A stretch of 64,000 nucleotides of DNA, from assembly GCA_963738405.1 (NCBI GenBank), contig CAVTWJ010000022.1, forward strand, positions 1-64,000, written 5' to 3'. Under the pieces are notes generated by a model. That model was not told where the DNA came from. It made no database searches and saw only the letters and a list, made by a program, of their open reading frames with translations. Below are positions 56,036 to 64,000 of the stretch, in pieces. Positions within the stretch are counted from its first letter, which is position 1. Every line of letters starts with the position of its first letter. The translations under genes and the position numbers were made by a program. Source of the DNA: a candidate division FCPU426 bacterium. GTDB lineage: Bacteria; Oederibacteriota; Muellerivitia; Muellerivitales; Muellerivitaceae.

Positions 56036-59000
56036 TCAGTGAATCACAACCACTTTCCCGCCGTACACCACAGCCCCCACATGGACCTGGTAGATATAGA
56101 GGCCCGAGGCCACTTGGGAACCGCTGGTATTCACCAAGTCCCATTCCACCTGGTTGAGACCCGCATTGCCCGATAGGTTGGCGGAATAGACCCTTTCCCC
56201 CAGGATGTTGTAGAGGTTGATCTGGATCGGGGCCGATTGCTGTAAATTGACTTTGAAGTTGACCGGCTCACCGCTCACCGAAATGTTCGGCGCGGCGATC
56301 ACCACCCGGCCATTCCAATTTGTCACTGTTCCGGTGGGTGTCGCTTGATCCCCTTCCCTTGCCTGGCCGCCCGTGTTGGGTGTGGGCGTACTCGTTGGAG
56401 TGTTGGTCGGGATCGGCGTGACCGTCGGCAGGAAACTACCAGACACCTGTACCAGGTTGAAACAAGCCAGGGCACAATTGGCGCTTCGCCCAGCCCAGGT
56501 CACCACGTAATTCCCCGCGTTCAGGTTCCAATAACGGGTCGAGATTCCCCCGATATGGCCGTTGACGTCCTCGGTGTGCAGGGCCGTTCCCAACGACTGC
56601 ACTACGGTGTACTGATTCGCGTAATTGTATGTATCAAGCGCTCCCTGGATCTGGACATTCCAGGTGTTGGAGGAAACGTTCGGCGCCGACACCGAGGCCG
56701 AAATCTTGTAGGCCCCGCTGGAGGGCACGTTTACTGAGTAACTCTGTGACCCGGCCCCGGTCGTTGAGTAAATATAGGTCGTACCATCCGAAGCCGTCGC
56801 CACCGCCAGGGGAGACGAAACTCCGCTTCCGTCCGCCAAGTACCCGCAGGTGTCCGACAAACTCGGGGTAAATGTCGAAGTCGGGGTCAGGGTGGAGGTC
56901 GGCGTCCGAGTGTTGGTAGCCGTCCGAGTCAGAGTCGCTGTCTTGGTCGGTGTGGTTGTTGGCGTTGAAGTTATAGTTTGGGTAGGTGACAGGGTATTGG
57001 TGGCCGTGTACCAGGTTCCGGTAGGTGTGGTCGTAGCTGTTGGTGTTATTGTTTTCGTTGCCGTGGGTGTGGCCGTGGACATGAAGCTGGTGGAGGTCTG
57101 CACCATGGTGAAACATGCCAGGGCGCAGTTGGCGGCTCGCCCACCCCAGATCACCATGTAAGTTCCCGCGTTCAGGTTCCAATAACGGGTCGAGATTCCC
57201 CCAATATGTCCGTTGACATCCTCCGTGTGAAGAACCGTCCCTAACGATTGCACCACCGTGTATTGATTGGCGTAATCTTCGATGTCGAGGGCCCCAAGGA
57301 TTTGCACATTCCAGCTGTTAGAGGCGGCGTTCGGCGCCGAAACGGATGCTGTCATCTTATAAGTTCCGCTGGAGGGGATATTCACCGCGTAGGTCACCGC
57401 CCCTGTTCCGCTTGTGGAGTAGACATAGGTCGTTCCAGACGACGCCTCCACAGCCCAAGTCAAGGGTGCCGACACTCCCGAGCCATCCGCCAGATACCCG
57501 CAAGCGCCGGACGGGTTGGGCGTAAGCGTGCTGGTGGCTGTTGGGGTCGCTGTCGCCAAGGCCGGTACCACAAAATACTGCGTCGCGTAATTATTGGTGT
57601 CTGAAACACCCTGAATCGTCACATACCAGGCGTTATGCAAATCGGTGCCAGGCGTGGGGTTGGGCGTGGCCGTTGCGGCAGGTTGGGTGCCAATCGGTGT
57701 CGCCGTGCTGGTTGGAATGGGCGTGGCGGTTGGCATGAAACTGTCTGAGACTTTCACCAGGTTGAAGCAGGACAAATCGCAATTGGTGTACCGGCCTGTC
57801 CAGCTCCACCACGTATTCGCCCGCGTTCAGGTTCCAGTAGCGGGTCGATGTTCCACCCACATGACCTGTCACATCCATGGAATAGAGGGGAGACCCGGCC
57901 GTGGCCGTCATCTTATAGGCACCACTCGAAGGCACGATTACCGTGAAATCCGCTTCGCCCGCGTTTAAAACAGTCGCGTAGATATAGGTCGTTCCGTTTC
58001 CATCCACTCCGCTCGCCAAGGGCGGCACGACCCCGCCACCATCCGCCAAATACCCGCAAGAACCTTGCGGGTTCGGCGTCAGGGTGGAAGTGGAAGTCAC
58101 CGTCGGAGAATCGGTCGGGCTGGGTGTATAGGTGGGCGTATCCGTTGTAGCGGGAGTGTTGGTGGGCGAATCCGTGGGTGTGTCTGTGATGGTTGGGGTA
58201 TCGGTCGGAGTGTCTGTGGTCGTGTCCGTTGGCGTGTCGGTGAGGGTATTCGTGGACGAATCGGTAGGCGTTTGGGTTTGAGTAAAGGTCAGCGTGGCCG
58301 TCTGGGTGAAAGTCAACGTGGCGGTGCGTGTGACCGTCGGGGTCGGTGTTTGGGAGTTGATGGCGTTTTGGGTCGCCGTCGCGTTGGCGTTAGCCGTGGC
58401 AGTGCCATTTGCATTAGCAGTGGCGGTCGCGTAAACGCTATTAAAGGCATAAGCGCCAATATCCCAACTGGATCTTGTGGCCCCCGTGTAATCATCCGTG
58501 AAAGTTCCACTCAAATTAGCCCCCCTGCCCACACAGGTGGCTCCGGCGTTTATATTTAAATTCTCGCTGCCGGATAAGGAGTTAAAGAATTCTTTGGCCG
58601 CCGTGGAAATATAACTGCTGGTTATGGTCTTGATATAGCTCGCGGAGGGGGTCGAGGCATAAACGCAATTCACAAGGGTCCAGGATGTGCTGACGCTTCC
58701 CACAAAGTCGGCTCCTGAATCAAAAAACGCGCAGTTAGTAATGGCCGCGGCCCCGTTTGAACCCGTCGCGGTGATACCGGCCGTATTGTTCACAAAATCG
58801 CAATTAGCAAAAATCGGCAGGGTCCCGCCGTTATCTTGTTCTTCCCACCACCCGTAATTAAGACAATCCACAAAAAGACAATTGTGGAATGTCGGAGAAT
58901 AGTTCCCGTTATTGGAAAGAACTCCCGAGGCGGTTCCGTGTCCGATAAAGGCGCAACGATCAAAATAAAGTTTGTCGGTAGAGGCGCTGTCCACAAAAAG

Positions 59001-60119
59001 ATTATCTGAAGCCGCAGACTCGAAAGTACAACCAACGAATGTCACCGGGTCATTTGTAAAATTGGCAAAGAACTGGCTTGTAATCGCTTTCGGCGTTCCC
59101 ACAACACCGTGATAAAAATTGACATTATAAAAGGTTAGGAAATAAGAATTATTCCCCGGTCCATAGACATCCCATGTCGCGGAGTTTAAAAACATGGTTA
59201 CTGGTGACGCGGCTGTTACACAATCACCAGTTGCCAGTGTGACCGGAAGAGTCTCCGTTGTATTAGAGAAAATTTGAAACGTCACAGTTCCTGAGGCTGC
59301 TGCTGCAGCAGCTTGCAAAGTAGAATAAAAAACAGAAGTTTTTAGATTTTCAACCGCATTGCTGGGAGTGTTGGTTATAGTCGGCGAATTCGTGACTGTC
59401 GGGGTATTCGTTTTTGTCGGCGTGTTAGTAATGGTAAATGTGGGTGTAAAAGTATATGTAGGCCCACCGGGCGTCCAAGTTGGAGTTAGACTCGGGGTTG
59501 GGGTCGAAGTATTAGGAGAAGCAACAGTAAAAGAAGCATGCGCGTAACCTGGACCGTTTGTCCCAGTACAAGTTTGCATATAATTCTCACCGACTACCGC
59601 CACTAAATTGTAAGTCCCTGGGGTAAACGTGCTAGGAATCGTCACATTGAAAACCTGGGTAACGGGAGTTGCTGTCGTGAATGAATAACTCGTATTCCAA
59701 CCGTTGGCCGATGTATCAGCTTGGGTGCAATTTGTTGGGCCGAAAGGAGTTCCTGAACCAGAATTAGTGTCCACGAGTAAATATTGATTAGTTGAACCAC
59801 AGGCTTGTGCAGTCGTGGTGCCAATCGGCTCCGTCATAATTTCTAAATACTGTCCTTGGTAATAATTCGAATCGTTGTATATAAGAGTGACACCTGCTAA
59901 TTGGCTACCAGCTGTTCCCGTGGTGTTGGCAAGATTTAATGTGACAGTAGGCGTAGCCAACAACAATCCCGGGATCAATGCAAGAACTACTGCCAAGACA
60001 ATCACCATCGAATAACCTAACTTTTCGGAAATTAAGGTGCTTTTTCCCAAGTTCGGCTTAACCTTCAAGCCAACCGCCAAAAAACGTGCAAAAATAAATT
60101 GTGGAATTTTTCCGATCAC
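56036..60119 (-). CDS. Large secreted protein: beta-helix module, Thr stalk, three copies of a CGYLADG domain, T9SS-like CTD (~1360 aa; one frameshift at ~57806)
   Basis: ORFs 57633-60119 and 56036-57775 join if one G is removed (the paralog reads [12 protein letters not shown]). CTD AAPNIS...LYNILGE...VASGLYIY...GKVVVIH. Confidence 0.82.
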
Positions 60120-60180
60120 GGGAACCTCGGTTTATTCGTTTTTCAGGAGACTGTTTCTACATCTTGTAGGTGTGGTTGAG

Positions 60181-60200
60181 GCCGACACTTGCAGGTGGGG
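60181..60200 (-). promoter_or_regulatory. Conserved 20-nt leader motif, copy 2 (CCCCACCTGCAAGTGTCGGC)
   Basis: 19/20 identical to 23625-23644. Confidence 0.55.
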
Positions 60201-60401
60201 CGGTAGGTGTGACCGATTGCCTATTTAAACTTTACATCTTTGTAATAGGGGTAAATATGACCCATATCACTCAAAGGTAACTGTTTAACTAAATTATACA
60301 ACTTTTGGAGAAAATTGAGACCAAAATACTTTTTTAGTAATTTGGTGATCTGAATTGCTTGTAATTACCATCAAAAAGAACTTCTAACTTCTTCCAAATT
60401 G

Positions 60402-63400
60402 TTAGTGGATAACAACGACTTTCCCGCTGTAGGCCATTACCCCTACTCGAACTTGGTAGATATAGAGGCCCGAGGCTACTTGGGTTCCACTGGCATTTGC
60501 CAAGTCCCATTCGATCTGGTTCAACCCCATTTGGCCTTGAAGGGTTGCGGTATAAACCTGCTCCCCGAGGATGCTATAGAGAATCAGGTGAACCTCTGTG
60601 GATTGCTTCAAGTTGACCCTGAATTGAATAGGCGTTCCATTTGAGGAAATGTTCGGCGCGGCTACTACCTCCGGACCCGTCCAAGGCGTTCCGGTCGAAG
60701 TTGCAGAAACGGTAGGCGTTTCATCCGTCACATCACCATTCAACGAAGAATGCCCTTGGTTTGGAGAGGGTGTGAATGTCGGGGTTGTAGTCGGCGTTAA
60801 TGTTTTCGTCGTGGTGAAGGTAGGCGTGGGAAAGAAGCCGGTAGATGTCCGCACCAGGCTAAAACAGGCTAAAGCGCAATTGGCGCTACGACCTCCCCAT
60901 GTCACTACGTAATTTCCCGCATTCAGGTTCCAATACCGCGTTGAGGTTCCCCCAATGTGGCCATTCACGTCTTCCGTGTGCAGAGCGGTTTTCAGGGTTT
61001 GCACCACGAAATATTGATTCCCGTAATTGGTGTTGTCCATCACACCTTGGATCTGGACATTCCAGCTGTTGGAAGAAGCGCTTGGCGCCGACACAGAGGC
61101 CGACATCTTGTAGGTCCCGCTGACGGGGATGTTTACCGTGTAATTCTGTGACCCAGCCCCGGTGGTTGAGTAAATATAGGTCGTACCGTCTCCCGCAACC
61201 CCTACCGCCAGGGGTGAGGCCACCCCGCTCCCATCCGCCAAATAACCGCAGGCCCCGGTTGGGTTCGGTGTAAGGGTACTTGTAGCAGTCGGGGTCGCCG
61301 TCGCTAGAGGCAGAACCACAAAATACTGAGTCGGATAATTGTTCGTATCTGAAACACCCTGGATCGTGACATACCAGGCATCATGCAAATCGGTGCCCGG
61401 CGTGGGGTTGGGGTTGGGCGTGGACGTAGCCGCAGGTAGAGTTCCCACCGGTGTCGCCGTGCCGGTTGGAATGGGCGTGGCGGTTGGCATGAAGCTGTCC
61501 GAGACTTTCACCAGGTTGAAGCAGGACAAATCGCAATGGGTGTACCGGCCTGTCCAGCTCACTACATATTCGCCCGCGTTCAGGTTCCAGTAGCGGGTTG
61601 ATGTTCCACCCACATGGCCCGTGACATCCATGGAATAGAGAGGAGACCCCGCTGTAGCCGTCATCTTGTAGGCTCCGCTCGAAGGCACCACCACTGTGAA
61701 ATCCGCCTCACCAGATCCAAGAACGGTCGTGTAGATATAGGTCGTTCCGTTTCCATCCACTCCAGTCGCCAGGGGCGCTGAGACCCCGCCGCCATCCGCC
61801 AAATATCCGCACCCCGCAACGGACGGGTTCGGTGTCAGGGTGGAAGTACTGGTCACTGTCGGGGAATTGGTGGATGTAAAGGTGTCTGTGATCGTAAAGG
61901 TCGGCGTGTCCGTAACAGTCAGTGTATTCGTCGATGTGACGGTGCTGGTAGGCGTGTCAGTGACCGTGGGAAAGTTGGTAACCGTATAGGTGCTCGTGGA
62001 TGTGGATGTAACCGTGGGGGAATCCGTAACGGTAAAGGTAGCGGTGGAAGTAGGGGTAATAGTAGGCGAATCCGTAACCGTATTGGTTGAGGTGAAGGTT
62101 TGAGTGTCGGTCGAGGTCGAAGTGGACGTGGAGGTTTGGGTAAAGGTCGGGGTATTGGTGACCGTATCGGTCAGGGTGGAAGTCTGCGTGGCTGTCGGGC
62201 TGTCGGTGGGCGTGGTGGTTTGAGTGGAAGTGGCAGTCACGGTCGGGGAATCCGTTGGAGTAGCCGTCTGAGTATGGGTTGAAGTCGCGGTTTGTGTATT
62301 CGTCGTAGTGTCCGTTTGGGTGTTGGAAGAAGTAGCAGTCTGGCTATTGGTAGGCGTAGCCGTCTGGGTGCTCGTCGAAGTCGACGTTTGGGTATTCGTT
62401 AAAGTCGCCGTTGGGGTGTAGGTGGTGGTATAGGTCGGCGTGGCGGTGGGGGTAGGCGTCGGGGTTTTGGTGTTGGTAGGCGTTCCCGTGAAGGTGCTCA
62501 AGGGCGTCAGGGCGCAGTTGCCCATGTTGAATTTGTAGACCAGGCTGTTGTTGTTATCCACGGCGAACCAATTGCCGTTGCTGTCGGCGGCGACGCCTTC
62601 CGCGTCGGTAAAGGCCCCGGAAGTGCCTTGGGTCGTGATACCGATGACCCCTCCGGTGATATTGTTGTAAAGTCCCACTTCCCCGGCCCCGTCGGAAACG
62701 TAAATATCGGTCACGCCGCCGGTGGAACCCAGAGATAGAAACTCGATGCCCGACAGGCCGTTGCTGGTGTCGATTTGAAGTTGAAGCGCTGTTCCCTTGC
62801 CGTTGAAACGGTAGACCTGCTGGGTCGAATCATCTCCCACATAAATATCACCACCAGCGTCCAGGGCCAAACCCGTGGGGCTGGTAAAGGTCACGGGGCT
62901 ATGATCGGTCGGCCCCCCGAATTGTTTATTCAAGGCTCCGGTGTTATCCAGAAGGACAACCCGTGAATTGTTGTTATCGGCCACATAAACCGTGGTTCCC
63001 GCCGAATTGACCGCGATGCCGTAGGGGTTGTTGAACCCCAAGGTTCCCCCCCATTGAACGTTGCTGGAACCCGCCGCGTGGCTGGTGCCATAGCCCCAGC
63101 TGACATCCACCAGGTTGTTGTTGGAGTCGGTCACATAAACCTTTTCCGACCCATCGACGGCGATGCCGAAGGGACTGCTGGCACCGTTGGACCCGCCCGG
63201 CACCGACCAGCTAGTGACCGCGGAACCGGAGGCCACGCTGAACACATCCACCGTGCTATTAGCCCCATCCGCCACATATAGGTAGGTTCCCGCCGAATCC
63301 TCAGCAGCTCCCCAGGGGTCGGTATCGCCCGATTCCCACAAACTCAGGCAATTCCATGCGGCCGGCGGGGTTTTGGTGGGGGTGAAGGTAACCGTAGGAG

Positions 63401-64000
63401 TGGCCGTAGGTGTTGAAGTGACGGTTGGGCTAAGGGTTGGGGTGTAGGTGGGCGTCGAGGTCATGGTTGAGGTCTTGGTGGAGGTGGGGCTGTTGGTGAC
63501 GGTAAAGGTGGAAGTCGGCGGGCAGTTGGCCGGAACGATTTCCAGCAAGGCCATATCGGCCAGGGCCGCCGTGCCCAAAATATAGTTGGAGGTATAGACC
63601 CCGGGCGCTCCATTCGGGTTGTTGTCATCCCCCTCGGCGGAATAGACCGCCCCTGGATTTTGGATCCAGTGCTGGGTCTGGTTGGCGCCGCTGGCGGAAA
63701 TGGTGTCGCCTGTTGTAGTCACCGCCGCGCAGAAACCCAGCAGATGGCTGTTTTGGTTGAGGGTGGTGATATTAATGCTCTGGTTTTTATTGCTGACAGG
63801 TCCGAGGGAGGTGGAGTAGTTCCAAGAGGAGACGGACGGAAGGGCGCCGGTGTAAAGAAAGGCGCCCACATTGAGGCTTCGGCTTAAGGACTGGGCGATG
63901 GAAACCGCCACGTTGGCCGAGCCCGTGGGGGGATTTTCCATATAGTATTCTTCCAAGGTGGCGTGGTTGGTGTTGTCTTGAACATCAAATATCTGCGTCA
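60402..64000 (-). CDS. Large secreted protein (5' end outside window): NHL propeller, Thr stalk, two CGYLADG domains, T9SS-like CTD
   Basis: Frame open to the window edge; PxGIAVD/N NHL repeats; C-terminal part paralogous to 56036-58080. Confidence 0.85.
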   Translation of the reverse strand, partial: TQIFDVQDNTNHATLEEYYMENPPTGSANVAVSIAQSLSRSLNVGAFLYTGALPSVSSWNYSTSLGPVSNKNQSINITTLNQNSHLLGFCAAVTTTGDTISASGANQTQHWIQNPGAVYSAEGDDNNPNGAPGVYTSNYILGTAALADMALLEIVPANCPPTSTFTVTNSPTSTKTSTMTSTPTYTPTLSPTVTSTPTATPTVTFTPTKTPPAAWNCLSLWESGDTDPWGAAEDSAGTYLYVADGANSTVDVFSVASGSAVTSWSVPGGSNGASSPFGIAVDGSEKVYVTDSNNNLVDVSWGYGTSHAAGSSNVQWGGTLGFNNPYGIAVNSAGTTVYVADNNNSRVVLLDNTGALNKQFGGPTDHSPVTFTSPTGLALDAGGDIYVGDDSTQQVYRFNGKGTALQLQIDTSNGLSGIEFLSLGSTGGVTDIYVSDGAGEVGLYNNITGGVIGITTQGTSGAFTDAEGVAADSNGNWFAVDNNNSLVYKFNMGNCALTPLSTFTGTPTNTKTPTPTPTATPTYTTTYTPTATLTNTQTSTSTSTQTATPTNSQTATSSNTQTDTTTNTQTATSTHTQTATPTDSPTVTATSTQTTTPTDSPTATQTSTLTDTVTNTPTFTQTSTSTSTSTDTQTFTSTNTVTDSPTITPTSTATFTVTDSPTVTSTSTSTYTVTNFPTVTDTPTSTVTSTNTLTVTDTPTFTITDTFTSTNSPTVTSTSTLTPNPSVAGCGYLADGGGVSAPLATGVDGNGTTYIYTTVLGSGEADFTVVVPSSGAYKMTATAGSPLYSMDVTGHVGGTSTRYWNLNAGEYVVSWTGRYTHCDLSCFNLVKVSDSFMPTATPIPTGTATPVGTLPAATSTPNPNPTPGTDLHDAWYVTIQGVSDTNNYPTQYFVVLPLATATPTATSTLTPNPTGACGYLADGSGVASPLAVGVAGDGTTYIYSTTGAGSQNYTVNIPVSGTYKMSASVSAPSASSNSWNVQIQGVMDNTNYGNQYFVVQTLKTALHTEDVNGHIGGTSTRYWNLNAGNYVVTWGGRSANCALACFSLVRTSTGFFPTPTFTTTKTLTPTTTPTFTPSPNQGHSSLNGDVTDETPTVSATSTGTPWTGPEVVAAPNISSNGTPIQFRVNLKQSTEVHLILYSILGEQVYTATLQGQMGLNQIEWDLANASGTQVASGLYIYQVRVGVMAYSGKVVVIH

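Noticed and set aside
2345..57810. Programmed frameshifting or phase variation at ~2354, ~4199 and ~57806
   Set aside because: Each is a single extra base with no slippery heptamer or long homopolymer, and the paralog is intact at the 57806-equivalent site. Most likely sequencing indels; reads are needed to be sure.
60199..60213. ops-like sequence GGCGGTAGGTGTG
   Set aside because: On the strand opposite the downstream gene, imperfect, and absent from the other leader copy.
56036..62000. Diversity-generating retroelement template/variable repeat pair
   Set aside because: No reverse transcriptase; differences are not adenine-specific and both copies are coding.

Overview
64 kb of DNA from a diderm bacterium of moderate-to-high GC. 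The Thr/Pro-rich secreted proteins with T9SS-like tails resemble those I associate with uncultured lineages such as FCPU426; this is an inference, not checked. The first ~540 bp look like an unrelated high-GC actinobacterial fragment fused to a truncated pyrD, probably an assembly chimera. Three blocks follow. (1) 1.5-23.5 kb and 56-64 kb: five very large secreted proteins (GH116-malectin, NHL-repeat, beta-helix, and two paralogs with an unrecognised repeated domain). All are built as passenger + alternating-Thr stalk + T9SS/FlgD-like C-terminal sorting domain. This block also has a PorV/PorQ-family barrel, a GH3, a PAS-adenylate cyclase, an NHL lipoprotein and an autotransporter. (2) 23.8-48.9 kb: a Wzx/Wzy capsule/EPS locus (wza, wzc, vioA-like, wbqC, wzx, wzy, many GTs). 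(3) 43.1-56 kb: an accessory zone of nested short palindromic repeats, several toxin-antitoxin modules and a membrane-anchored ParB-like protein. Best leads: a palindromic element inserted in-frame in two unrelated proteins; the integral-membrane ParB; a T9SS-like cargo set probably outside Bacteroidota; a strand-displaced (permuted) domain; and a shared 20-nt leader motif. Several single-base frameshifts are probably sequencing errors. No rRNA, tRNA or CRISPR was seen.
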